From: the human T2T-CHM13v2.0 reference genome, Homo sapiens
Strand: one strand, 5' to 3'
Length of the DNA stretch: 64,000 bases
Assembly: GCF_009914755.1 (NCBI RefSeq)
Contig: NC_060934.1
Of this stretch, positions 29,763 through 42,510 are shown piece after piece (position 1 is the first letter of the stretch; the number at the start of each line of letters is the position of its first letter). The notes beneath the pieces are model-generated. The model worked only from the letters and a program-made list of their open reading frames with translations. It made no database searches and had not been told where the DNA came from. The position numbers and the translations under genes were made by a program.

Positions 29763-30367
29763 CAGTAGAGAGAAGAGTCAGCAAAAGTGGGGCCATCCAC
29801 ATAACTGCCTGACCACAGTGTTTAAGAAGATATTTTTCCTTCTAATTATAGAAATTAAAAAACAAATGCTAGGTAAATTGAAAAAAATATAAAGCTGTCT
29901 GTGAATATGCATGCTTATCTAAATTTATACACAATAAGGCAAGACTGACTTTCAAAAGTCAGAAAAATTATGTGGTAGTTTCTCTACTTTAAAGGAAGGT
30001 AGGCTTGGGCCCAAGGACTGCAAAGCAGAGATAAGGAACTGCCAAAGAATTCAGAATGAGTCTCTCTCCTGGGTGGTCAGTGGTAAAGCTTCATGTTCAT
30101 GTGCATATCATGAAATCAATTTTTTCCACTTTTTATTTTTTTTTTTAGAAATTTTTCTTTTATAAGAGAAGCAACATGCCACGTAACTACTTAGATCATG
30201 GAAAATAGTAAAAGAGAATAAAGAATAATTCGCACTTTAATCATTATCAGTTCAGCTTATATTTCTGTTCAGAAACTTCTGCTCCTCGGATTTTGATATC
30301 CTTTACTCTGGGATCTAGATGTATTTAGCAAACGTTTTGTGGCTATTTAAATTATTTCGTGTACATA

Positions 30368-30616
30368 CAGTTGATCCATAAACAACAGGGGTTTGAGTTG
30401 TACTGGTCTACTTATATGGGGCTATTTTTCAACCAAATGGGATTGAAAATACGACATTTGTGGGATGTGAAATCTGAGGATACAAAGGGCCAACTTTTTG
30501 TATATGCGGGTTTTGCAGGGCTGACTGTGGGACCTGAGTATGTGCCGATTTTGGTATATGTTGTGGGGGACAGGGAGTCCTGGAACCAATCCCCCACATA
30601 TACCAAGGGATGACTG
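30368..30616. mobile_element. MER8 (Tigger MITE)
   Basis: ta-cagttgatcc...agggatgactg-ta, about 250 bp. Confidence 0.85.
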
Positions 30617-31519
30617 TAGTTTTTTTTCTTTGCCCATCTCTGAGATCCTTTCTGTTTTAACATCACAAAATTAAAGATCCATTTGTTTTATAATCTGACC
30701 TTGTTTCAGCTCAAAAGGATCTTATAGCCCATGTACTTATTAAAATATGATTATTACTACCATGAGCATTAAAAATAGCTCTATCTTTTCAAAAAAGAAA
30801 AATGTGATAGTGTCAGACATAGGCAGTGGGCAAGGTAGTGTCAGTCTGGTTGAATGTGTGTGTGTGTGTGTGTGGAACAGAGGGATGGGGATGAAACTTG
30901 ATGGGAAAGGAGTCATTCTGGGTTAAGCAATTTCTAGAAGCTATCATTTTTTTTGATGAAATACAAAATGTCTTATGGGGAAAACAGAAGTGGATGTGCA
31001 GTAAAATGACTTTTTACAGGCTGCAAACCAACCATTTAAGTTAATACATCAGTTTGCGTTTCCCTGAAGATATTCTAAATACAAATCAGATATGAAAGGG
31101 GGTCCAGTTCATTGGCCACAGATGCTCAAAGGAAACCATTGTCACCTCCCTGTAGCCTAGCTGAGACAGAACTTTCCATTACAACTTCTCTTTTCCTAGA
31201 GAAAGATCTTTTTCATGCATACTTTTGTTACTTCAACAAAGCTATTGCCCTTCCAGGGTTTCAGTTCCAGCTCTCTCATCTTGCATGGTCCCCTGAAAGC
31301 TCTGGGTTACTGAGCTAGCTAGTTCCTTCAAGGCAGCTTTTTCAGCTCATCTTCTACTCTGGTTTGCATCTTCTTCCTTGAATTTTGCTCTTTAAGTCTT
31401 TTCCTCACTTTCTTATGAGCTCAATGTTTGCTGTATTTTATGCAGCATTTCTTGGTGATCCTTAGTGTGAGGATTTTCAGGAACTTAATCTACCACACTG
31501 TCAGAAATGAAACTGAATG

Positions 31520-32200
31520 AGTACCTTTCAATCATTATCTTATTCTCTACTCAGCAACACTAGATACAGTTGATGTTCTACCAAAAAGAAAAGGAAAAAC
31601 AACAAGAAAAAAAGTCGATCTCTCTATTTCTGAGATTGCATGCTTTCCTAATTTCTTTCTATCTACCTGACTTCTCAATTTCACTTTTCTTTACTGGCTC
31701 TTTCTCGTTTCTCAAATCTTAATATTGGCCTCCTTTCTCCATCTAGACATATTTTCTAGTTTATCTCATTTGCAAGGAGGATTTTATATAACATCTAGAT
31801 GGGACTTTTCCGACATTTATTTCTATTCCTAATCTCTCTTTTCATCTCCAGGCACATAGATTAAGCTGTGTATGTGACATTTCCTTTTGGAGGTCTCTAA
31901 GACATCTCTCAGCCCCCCTGCCTTCTCTCTTATTGTTACTGCCAGTATTTCCCATCTCAAGAAAAAACATTTCCATCTACCTGATTTTTCATTTTGTAAA
32001 GCTGGGAGTAATCCTTGACATTTCTCTCTCCTACCTCCCACTTCAATTCATCAACACCTCTGATCAGCTCTAACTCTAACAAATATATCTAGTCTCTCTC
32101 CACGTCTTTCTTAACTCCACTGCCACAGTTTTGGACCAATCCACAATGATCTACCAGATTCCTGGGTCAGTCTTCGTATGTGTTTCACAGTTTCCATTAT
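31520..32200 (+). mobile_element. L2 fragments
   Basis: Pyrimidine-rich L2 motifs (ctgggagtaatccttgac...ctccactgccac). Confidence 0.6.
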
Positions 32201-33178
32201 TTTTCTGTCTGACAGTGTTTACATATTTAATTTTGTTCTGAGTAAAGTACTGTATACTTCAAAATTTTCTAATGTGTGATAATCTAATATGGTTATGTTC
32301 TAAATGTCATTATAATTTTGATCATATGTATAAAGAAGGAATTGTTTAAAGAAATTTTTAAATTTCTAAATCACAGTTTTAAATATAAAATTAATATATT
32401 TTACAGAGGGGAATTCAAATATTTACATATTTGTATATGTAAATATTTGTGATATATGTGAAGATATATGTGAAGATATTTCCAGTTTTACTCTGGAAAA
32501 TGAGTCCAGAGTAATTCCTTCTACCCAAAAGACAAACATTTCCAACAGACTTTTAAAAGTATGTTTTCACAAACATGCACAATTTTATAATTTGTAGTTT
32601 TTGTTTAAAAATATAGTGGCCTTCTACATCATTCTTTTCAATTCTACTTCATAGCTTTTCGGTTAGAGAACATGTCATAATATTTCTACTCTTTGTTTCC
32701 ATTAAATGTGAAGAACAACAGTAGGGAGAGTAACAGATGTTTTTGGTTGGCTGGTTGGAGCTGTGCCTTATTGAGATTGATCCGATAGTGGTTCAAACTG
32801 GACTGGAAGAAAGACTGAGCAGAAAACCCCATTAGAACACGAATACAGGAAAGACCAATGCAGAAGAGACAGAGAGTCCCAGTGGGAATAGAACAAAGTA
32901 TCTGAAGTGTGAGTTGTAATTAGTGACTGTATGTGTGAGGGTGGGAGGCAAATGATGCTGTGAGAGGGAGAGGGCAAAGGTGATTTCAGATGTAGGGAGA
33001 TGTTACCACTAAGAAAATATTCACGGGTTACAAGAAGAAGCAGGGTTGAGGCAGGAGATGATGCAGTAAAAAGTCATGCTGTGCTCTTCCTGGCCTCTCT
33101 TTCCCAGTGGAAATGAGTTAAGAAGTGGAGTGTATCTTGTAGTATACTCTATGAGACATACAGTGTCTATCGGATTAG

Positions 33179-33664
33179 TGATGGCCATAAGGCTCACCCA
33201 AACATCTCACAGGGCTAACGCTAAGTGTTACTTAGCAATATGATGCAACCTGGCCCAAGGGTTTCCAACCCTGGCACAGAGATTTCCAGGAGACAAGATT
33301 ACCTTAGTACTAATGAACTCTCATAAACCTTAAAGCAAAGCTTATCCTTAACAAAAATAGCTTGAACTCCTTTTATGAAAGAAACCCCTGGTAATTGACC
33401 CAGACTGACTACAGGTATAAGAAAGGGGGAAGAATCCCCCAAACTCAGAGAATAGTCTCTTATCAGGTTGTCATCTGGCACCGACTGTATCTGACCCATG
33501 CTACCGGCCTGCTCTGGCTGTTATCTTTTAAAAACATTGCCAGAATAAACTACCTGAACTTCAGATGCTGTCTAAGACTCATCTTTGAAGCAAATCAACA
33601 CTGAAGGGGAAAAGTTACCCCTGGAAAAACAGATCACCTAGGACCACCCAAGTGCCTCAAACAC
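33179..33664 (+). mobile_element. Solo LTR (LTR47-like)
   Basis: TG...CA ends, ggtataag TATA, aataaa. Family assigned from memory. Confidence 0.6.
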
Positions 33665-34319
33665 AGTGTCATAATTTGTAGGGCAATGTTTCAGTGAATA
33701 AATCATATGTCAATGAAGTTTCCTTATACATTTAAAACAGAGTAGATAAAAGGCATAACAACTCACCAATTGAGAATTAGGTTACACATTCCCTTTGAAA
33801 TATTTTATAAATATCAACTTCCTTCCCTGTGTTTCTTAGCATACATGCTTTCTAAAATCACAATGCTGAAAATCACTGTGGTTAATTTAACCAGGACCCA
33901 TTCTGAATAAAAGTGTGGACTGTAATGTTATAAGGTCACCTAAAATTATACTCAGAGAAAATAATTTCACTTAATAACATACATACTTGAAATACTTAAT
34001 TACGTACTGATTTAAACACATTTAATGCAGTAACTGTAGTTTATAATTACATGTGGTAATAAATGTGAAGAAGGAAAAGATCATAATTATTTTCTTCATG
34101 AAATCATTCAGCAACCTGTTGAGACTTAAAAATCCTTAGATGTGTAGAAATAGAATGGGGTACTGTTAATAAACCTGGGTATAATTTATCCTATTTCTGT
34201 ATTGTTTCACAAGGAGTAAATTCTGCACTGTTGACATGGAATATATGATAAGTATGTAGTTATATTTAAAATAGACATACATATACATATATTATGTAGA
34301 AAAATGAAAATATAATTAC

Positions 34320-34425
34320 CTAAATTTTGTAATAATGATTTATCCCAGCAATTACTCTGCATGGAAGAGAGAATGGCACATTGCAATACCACTGATCCTG
34401 AGCTCATAAATATTGAGGTGACGTC
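34320..34425 (-). pseudogene. Exon B (106 nt, phase 0-1; alternative acceptor gives start 34431): DVTSIFMSSGSVVLQCAILSSMQSNCWDKSLLQNL
   Basis: Acceptor tctttcttatttataaagtctcag|, donor TAG|gtaatt, 245-nt intron to exon A. SIFMSSGS aligns ungapped to the GIFRxSGS arginine-finger motif. Confidence 0.7.
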
Positions 34426-34670
34426 CTGAGACTTTATAAATAAGAAAGACATTCTCTATCTCTTTCATCCCATAATATATAATTTCAGTCTCCCATTTAG
34501 ATATCTGAAGTGATTACATTATCTCATTCTTTCTAAAGTCTACATTGTTCTCAATATATTGATTTTATATACTATATACTTTACATACACTACAAGCTAA
34601 ATATATACTGTAGATTCTCATTACAAGTTAACTTAGAAATGGCTTAACTCCACCATTTTATGTAACTCAC

Positions 34671-34874
34671 AACACTGTAGGCATCAAGGCAATCAAAACC
34701 TAGAATTAAAAGTGAGAGGAGTAAAAACCCTTCAGGCAAGCAGGAATGTTGTAAAATTTTCACCTGTTCCTTATACATTGCTTGGCCTTTCTTAGTTGTC
34801 AGAAAGGCAGAATAGTATAAATGGCTAGGACTGTGTCTATAGACTCTTATTTTGTTCCTTAGAAATTTTGGCTC
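34671..34874 (-). pseudogene. Exon A (204 nt, phase 0-0): EPKFLRNK...AMYKEQVKILQHSCLPEGFLLLSLLILGFDCLDAYSV; RhoGAP N-terminal block
   Basis: Acceptor gagctttcag|G, donor GTT|gtgagt, open frame (part of ORF 34644..34946). MYKEQVKIL resembles the VFGVPLEEL pattern and FDCLD resembles VEYLE. The 5' boundary is less sure than the donor. Confidence 0.65.
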
Positions 34875-35254
34875 CTGAAAGCTCATATACAAAATGATAA
34901 CTTTCAAGACTGGAAGCATAAAATCATTCATAGTGCGTCTGTGCACAATCTAAGTGACATTTAAGGTACCTTTGCTTTGTGTGCTGGGTTTAGAGCTCTG
35001 CCTTCATGAAGGACAGATGCCACTGTACTTTTTGACAACTTTTCTCTCAGAAAGTGGAGATCAAAGGGCAGTCTACCTCCCCTCACACTCTTTGCCCTGT
35101 AGGGTCAGTTTAAAGAATTTCCCAAATGTGTTCCTCTACCTGAAAGGCAGATTCTGCTGTCAGCAGGTGCTTCTTAGCTCCTGACCTTAGGATGTGGGTT
35201 GGAGGCTCTCTATTCAATTTTCCTGCCTTTTTTTGTCCTGGCGCTTCTCTTTAC

Positions 35255-35289
35255 CTTATTTTCCACTATTGACCCAAGTGGAATATTGC
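35255..35289 (-). other. Candidate 35-nt exon (phase 1-0: xNIPLGSIVENK)
   Basis: Acceptor ccacttatgcctcag|G, donor AAG|gtaaag, phase-compatible with exon A. Confidence 0.3.
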
Positions 35290-35579
35290 CTGAGGCATAA
35301 GTGGTATTGGAATTTTTATGCTTAGGGCCATAATAGGAAGCTTTAAAGTTGTAACTAGGTGATTAAACATAAAATAATTTAAAGCAAGCACATAAGTGTA
35401 CAGTGCAATTTTAATTTAGCAATTCCCTCCCTTTTTCTAACCTCAAATAGGTATAAATTTTACTCAGAAGAAAAACAAATGTTTGCTTGAACCTGCTGAG
35501 TTTCTGCAGCTCCCTTCCTGGGCATCCATCTCTTTCCTTTATAGCAGAACTTCTAGAGTAACTGAGAGTTTTCTGTTAT

Positions 35580-35960
35580 GGCAAAGTAGGGAACAGACCC
35601 ACACAGGTTCTAAAGTTAGAGCAATTGGGTTTAACACTCATCTGCAGCTGAGTAAGGGAATTTGGGTAACCCCCTTAATCTTTCTGTTCCTCATTTTTAT
35701 CTGCCAAATGGAGACTATCAGGACAACTTCCATACGGATTTATTTTTTAGCAGCTTTGTTGAGCTTTATAATAAACATAGAACTAACTGCACATATGTAA
35801 AACTACAATTTGATAATTTTGGGCATATGTATATGTGCCTAAAACCATTACTACTTGACAGAGTCTTGCCTCTTCACAGGTTTTATGAATAAAGTACATA
35901 AAGCCCTGAGAAGAGTCTTATAAAGTGTTAAAAATAGTAGTTATAGTTATATTCATTTTT
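35580..35960 (+). mobile_element. MIR interrupted by an antisense old L1 3' end (~35740-35855)
   Basis: MIR core halves flank an L1M tail motif. Confidence 0.65.
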
Positions 35961-36209
35961 ATTCGTCAACACCTCTAAGATTTCCCTTCAATTCTACTGG
36001 AATTATTCCTGCAAATGTTATCCATGACCACCTTGCCAAATCCAATGACATTTCTCTGTTTTTATTCTCCTAGAAATTTCTGCTCTATTAAAGGTTTCTA
36101 TGAAGAATTCATCATGGAATTAATATTATAAATACCTAACAGTTTTGGAGTGAAGATTACAACCAATCACTGTGACTACTGAGAATGACATAAAATATTA
36201 AGCAGAAAA

Positions 36210-37050
36210 ATTAATTAATTACTGAACAATGCGAGCATCTGAGATGTGCTAGATACTGGGGATAAAAAGACAAGCAGACCTAGTCCCTGCCTGCTAGCAA
36301 TTCTGAACAATAAATGAGAAAAATACATTTAAGTACACATTAATGTAATATAACAAAGGTTATAGTAGATTTATAGGTAAAATAATGGAAGCATTCAAAA
36401 AATGGGTCATTATGCCTTGGAGAGTCAAGAAGTCTCCATGGAAGAATGGATATTTAAGCCAGTTCATTAAGGGTGAGTAAAAGTTCATCACGTGGATAAG
36501 TTAGCAAGTTCAATTAGCAGAAAAATAATTAGCCAAGGTATAAGTGTGTTGGAATGCTGCTGGGAGTTTGTTGTAGTTTAAGGGATAGAACATGTGAAGT
36601 AGCCTGGAGATGAGGTTAAAAGACTGGGTTGCGACCAGAATTTAATAGCTGTGTGGGCCATTCAAAGTATTTTGAGGGTTTCTTTCTGTAAGTCCTAGGA
36701 AGTTATTGAAGGTTCTGAAGCAAAGGCATACCGTGAGTGGCTTTGTATTTGAAAAGTATGCTATTGATGCCATGCAGAAGAGAAACTGGGGGTTGGAGAA
36801 AATAGGGTGGAGGTAGGTGAACAGTTACGCCACTGCTATGGCTGATTGTTCAATCTTTTGATAAAATGAGACTGAATTAAAGCATAGGTTGTGGGTAGAC
36901 AAGTGGGGCAAAAGTATAGCAGAGGTTGAGTCAATAAGATTTAAAGAGAGGGTGAGGAATTTAAGGCATGGGAGAAGATGAAGATGATTTTGAATCTCAT
37001 TTGGAAATTTGAATTGATGGTAATGTTATTCACCAAAATATGAAAATCAG
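36210..37050 (-). mobile_element. L2
   Basis: Reverse L2 3' region (gtgctagatactggggata...). Confidence 0.7.
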
Positions 37051-37884
37051 TGCTACAGTTGATTCACAGAAGTAATAATTAATTATATCATGAAATACAT
37101 TCATATTATTCATAACCTATATACTGTATATTTTAAGAAATATTTGCAGAGATGAAATTTTGCTGTTTTTGTGTGTTGCAAAATTTAAGAACATCAGCAA
37201 AATAGATTTGCTTTATAATATAGCCTCCCATATTTTTCCTAGTGCAAGAAATTTAAATAAATTACACCTTGGTAATATCTTTTTATTTTTAAAATTAGGC
37301 ATCATTAATACTGAAACACTGTCCTTATGGTTCAAACTCTGCCCTCATCTTATTGGTGAGGCTCATCTTACAAAAATACTGCTGTGCCCACTCCTTAGAC
37401 TTGCCATGTATTAACTCTACAACAGACTTTGCCTTTGGCTGTCATGCTTGAATTTTCTGTTCCTTTCCTCAAGGCCGTGTGCCTTGACTCTGTATGTTCT
37501 GTGACAACAACGTTCATTGATGTCTTGATATTGTGTCAGGTTTTATCAAGAACAAAGGAAAGGCAATGCATGGACTCAACTTCCCTTTGACGTTGCTGTG
37601 CTGACTTTACCACATGCTTCTTAACTGGTGACAGTAATAACTGAGGGAGTGGAGGGGTAGTGCTAGGGAGCAGAATGTTCCCTGTCAGAATTCTGCCACG
37701 AGTTTAACCTGTGACCTTAAGAGAACTGTTTTGCCTGATCCTCAATTTCATTATCTGTTTTTTTTTTGAAAACATCTCTGCTCTCTCTAAAACTCTAATC
37801 TCTAAAGGTCTGGATGGATTGAATTTCTATTTGTTTTGTTTCCAACTGCTTCTAGAACACTGCGTTTAAAAATATCTCAGTTAA

Positions 37885-38201
<317 letters not shown>

Positions 38202-38276
38202 TTAAAAGGCACTATTAGGAGAGAACTAATGATTTGATTGATACACAAGATATTTTGAACAAATTATTGGAATATA

Positions 38277-38665
38277 TGATATTGTTTGAGTTTGTGTCCC
38301 TGCCAAAAATCTCATGTTGAATTGCAATCCCCAGTGTTGGAGGGGGGCCTGGTGGAAGCTGATTGAATCCTGGGGGCAGATTTCCCCCTTAGTGCTGTTC
38401 TCCGGATAGTGAGTTATCTTGAGATCTGGGTGTTTGAAAGTGGCCCCCTCCCACCCCGCCTTCCTCCTGCTCCAGCCATGTAAGATGTGCCTGCTTATCC
38501 TTAGCCTTCCGCCCTTATTTTAAGTTTCCTGAGGGCTCCACAAAAGCAGAAGCCACTATGCTTCCTGTACAGCCTGCAAAATCATGAGCCAATTAAAGCT
38601 CTTTTCTTTATAAATTACCCACTTTCAGGTATTTCGTTACAGCAGTGCCAGAATGGACTAATACA
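38277..38665 (+). mobile_element. MSTA/MSTB (MaLR) solo LTR
   Basis: tgatattgtttg...gaatggactaataca. Confidence 0.9.
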
Positions 38666-39867
38666 ACTACGTTTAGAATTTGTAGTAAAAATAAGACTCT
38701 TTCATGTGAAGATGAAGATTCATCATGAGCCCAGACTGCTGCATAAAGGGCAACTGGAAGCTGAGCCGTAACAGCCATGTCATTTTGATAGTGTCCAATT
38801 AGGCAAGAGCTGTAGAGCTCATCAGAGGGTAATTTGAAGCAGATGCCTGCATTAAGACACAGATGTGGGACATTTTTCAATAGCAATGAAACGTGTATGG
38901 TACAGGATAGCTGATGGCTTCATCATCATTTTTCTTTCCATGGAATTACAGTGGTAAAATGCACTAACATTCAGCTGTTAGGCTCTTGTTCTCCAAACAG
39001 CAGGCTGTCCTCCAGGTAGGCCTACCTTCAGAGCTGAGGTCATTACATTTTGATTTATTCAATCCTCGTGTCCTTTTCACAATCTGATATCTCATATCCC
39101 AGATGTGGAAGTAACAATAAATTTCTGAGTGTAGTACCCAGAGTTTTACCATATAGAACCAGAAACAGATGGGCAACATTGATAACCTGGGAATCCTGTC
39201 TGGCAAAACAGTGCTCTCTCATTGCTATTGCTGAGAGTTTAAGTGGATAATTTCTGAGCATCAAATGTCAGTACATCTTAAAGCTGGGCTTAGTAGATCT
39301 AACACTTCTCTTTTCACACACACAGATTTGTTTTCTGGTCTTTGTTCTAGTTACTTTGAACAGGAAACTGAAGCTTCACAGTTTCTTCCATGTGAATAGT
39401 AGCATTCTTTTTGGATGCTGAACTTTGGAAATATTTCTAAATCATTTCTATCTCCCTAAATGTCTGTCTTTTCACAACCAAACCGAGTGTATGAATGGTA
39501 CGTGTGTGCTAGATTATGAATTTGGTGAAGGCAGTAAATGTTAGTGTTAGCAGCAGTATAATAAACGTTAATGTGTGCACAACAATTGAATATAATTTCA
39601 AAAACAGGATATAATCTATTTAAAGTTCTCTGAGAAAGTTGATTTCTGATGGAGAGGATTGGAAGAGTTGGCCAGGTGGAGAGAGTTTTTTCAGATGAGT
39701 TACATCACAGCAAGGGTTCATAGACAGGATTTAACCTAATTTGTTGGAAAGTTCTGAATTCAAGGGAGAGAAATTGTTGAAGTAGGGTAAGAGATCAGAG
39801 TAAAGAGAAAGGAGATGTCATCTTTATTTAATGGAGAACTGTAGAAATCAGACAAAAAATAACTTAC

Positions 39868-39893
39868 AGTTTCATCAATAGCGGAGTGGCATA
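39868..39893 (-). other. Candidate 26-nt exon (phase 1-0: xCHSAIDET)
   Basis: Acceptor ctctgcaatgctttcag|, donor ACT|gtaagt. The acceptor abuts a MIR. Confidence 0.25.
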
Positions 39894-39899
39894 CTGAAA

Positions 39900-40165
39900 G
39901 CATTGCAGAGTGATGAAGATCACAGCCTAGGATTCTGAGAGACTAGGGTACAAATCTTGGTGCTGTGACTTCATTGCGGTAAGACCACATGCAATTGACC
40001 TGATGTCTCTCAGTCTTAGTTTCCTTATCTGTAAAATGGATACAATGTCAAGTAGCAATGACTTGGATCTGCAGTGGGAATTAAGTCTGATTATGCGTCT
40101 AAAGTACTTGGTAAATCCTGGCCCAGAGAAAGGATTCAATATATGTTAGTAATAATTCTTATTGT
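39900..40165 (+). mobile_element. MIR
   Basis: ctcagtcttagtttccttatctgtaaaatgg core. Confidence 0.8.
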
Positions 40166-40380
40166 CTGGCAGCCAGAGGCTGATTGTATTGGACTGGACA
40201 GAATGACCTTCTTTCTGAGCCTTTTCAAGGTTTTCCAAATTAAATAGGCTCTGATTCATTTCATGATGTTTATTGCCTTTCCTTAAACTTTAAGGTGTTC
40301 TTTTTGTATTGAGAGGGCTCCAATTACCGACAGTAGAATCAAGGTGATTACTAAAGCTGTTGAAGGCACTTTCTCTCTCG

Positions 40381-40389
40381 TGTGTGTGT

Positions 40390-40427
<38 letters not shown>
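40381..40427. repeat. (TG)n microsatellite
   Basis: Directly visible. Confidence 0.97.
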
Positions 40428-40429
<2 letters not shown>

Positions 40430-41989
40430 CTGGTTGAAATGATCCATGATGTTCATTCTCTTGGGAAGGCAATTGGCTTTTTAGCATCAGTATTACAAAG
40501 TGATCTCATATACAAGTTATCCAGTATAACCAGACTCTTTTGAAACATTATTTATTTGCAATGGGAGAATGGGTTTCCATTTTATATCTCAGCTGCTGCT
40601 GATTTTTCCCCAGGTAACTTATCCTGAGGTGTATGTGTTAAATCTCATCTCATTATATCTGCCAGTCTCCCCGAGCTTGTCATTTGGCAATGCAGTCATC
40701 TCTCCTGTTTACTTTTCTCTTGTTTAGAATTATATGCACATTTCATTGATGTTAGATTTAAATCACCTGATGCTTCAAAGTGATGGTTTATGTCGAACCC
40801 ACTCTTAGGCAAATTCTAAGGCTATGCCAATGATTGATGCAGATGACTGTCAAACTCTTTTCATGGATTCAGTCCTTCTTATGCATGGCAAGCTTTCCAG
40901 ATAAAACCAATATACTTTTTAATACATTTCTGAAAACAAAATTCACTCATTTATTATTTCGTTTATTCATCATTAGTTCATTATGTATTGTAAAGCAAGC
41001 AATTTGCTAGGTCCTGCAAATTCCTCCCATCAAATGCTAAAATTTTAGTGAGGGAGAAAAGCCTGTAGCAAATAATTCTAATACAGCATGGTAATTATTA
41101 CAACAGAGGCATAAAGACATGCTGTACCAAGCCAGGGTGGGCAGAAATTAACTTTTGAGTTATATTTTGAGTTGGGCTTTAAAGACCTAAAAAGAAGAGG
41201 AAAATTTATTTTCATAGTCCGTAGTGATATATATTTAACATTGTATATTTAATAATAAATATAATTTCTTAATACATACAAATACATACCCAAACCAGTA
41301 TATTTCAGCTGCACACACACACGTGCGCATTGTGGTTGAGTGAATTTTCTTTTCCCAATATATCAGGACTTATTTATACACAAGCTTGTCTTAGGATATA
41401 CAGAAGCTAAGTGATAAATTATACAGTCCACAGCACTAGTCTCCATCTAGAATTTGCACCTTGTTTTCAGTTATCACTTATTCATTAAAGACCCTCCCTC
41501 CTTCCTGTATTTGCAACATTACACTTATATGGGCACAATAGGAAAAGCCACTGCTTTCTCATTGTAGCTTCTCTTCTTGGTATGAGGCCAGATGTTTCCT
41601 GAACCTTTTTCCTATGCCTTTTGGACTTTGACTGCCTCTTTAGGGTCCAATCACTGTTTTCCTCTAGCTCTTCTATTTGGACCACCTTCTAAGGTCTTCT
41701 CACAAAGTGGCTTCTTATCTCAGCACAGAAAGCAGAAGCAGAGGTTCTATTACTGTACTTTTTATAAGATGGTAAGGGAGTTTAACCTCCAGTCTGCTGA
41801 GGCTCTGTTGGGACCTAAGCTGTCTCTATGTAGACAGATGTCTCAATTATTACAGTATTAAATTACTAATTGGAAAATCAGCTTGCTTTTAAATAACACT
41901 AACAGATTTTTTAAAAATCACATGTATAACAACGTTTAAGAACTATCCAAAGACATTATAAAGATCTGGAGGTGGAGTTGACAAATTTT

Positions 41990-42510
41990 TTATGGATTCA
42001 ATGGGCAGTATGTGAGGAAACGAAGAAATCAACATCAGCCCCTTGGTTGCTGGCCTGACCAATTGAGTGGTGGGTGTTAATGTTAACAGAGGTGGTAAAG
42101 ATGGAGGGAAAAGGCTTTTTGATGGAGAAGGGTGAAATCAAAAGCTTTCTTTCAGATATGTTAATTCGAGGTATCCAATAGATATCCAAAAAGTGATGTT
42201 AGATATTGCTCTCTGTCTCTGTCTCTCCCTCTGTCTCTCCTCTCCCTCTTTCATCTCCTTCCTTGACAAATCAAAACATTATTACACTATGCTGGCAAAA
42301 ACATTAGCTTTAGAGATTAAATCCTGGCTGTCAGTCTCTATTTATGCGATCTAGCACATTTATTTAACCTCTCACAGACTTGGTTTCTTTAGATACAAAA
42401 TAGAAATAAAAATGCATTATTCATGGGCTTGTTTATGATAATTAAATGACAATTAGATGAACTAAATTATGTTAAGTACCTGGTACATAGAATATGTTTA
42501 ATATTAATGC
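41990..42510. mobile_element. L2 fragment (minus, ~41990-42200) and MIR (plus, ~42290-42510)
   Basis: Degenerate consensus motifs. Confidence 0.6.

Noticed and set aside
33767-33851. Strong minus-strand donor TTG|gtgagt between exons B and C
   Set aside because: Acceptors are poor, the phase-compatible frames contain stops, and there is no room in the RhoGAP alignment.
34320-34778. Secreted cytokine-like precursor (signal-peptide-like MYKEQ...FLLLSLLILGFDC; superficial KITLG 'SHCW' and IL-10-family 'LDLLF' resemblance)
   Set aside because: Intron positions and phases do not fit those families. The frame is open upstream of the ATG to a splice acceptor, and the RhoGAP reading explains all exons colinearly.
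39014-39027. 14-bp palindrome AGGTAGGCCTACCT giving donor-like sites on both strands
   Set aside because: Short enough to occur by chance in 64 kb; the upstream minus-strand acceptor is poor.
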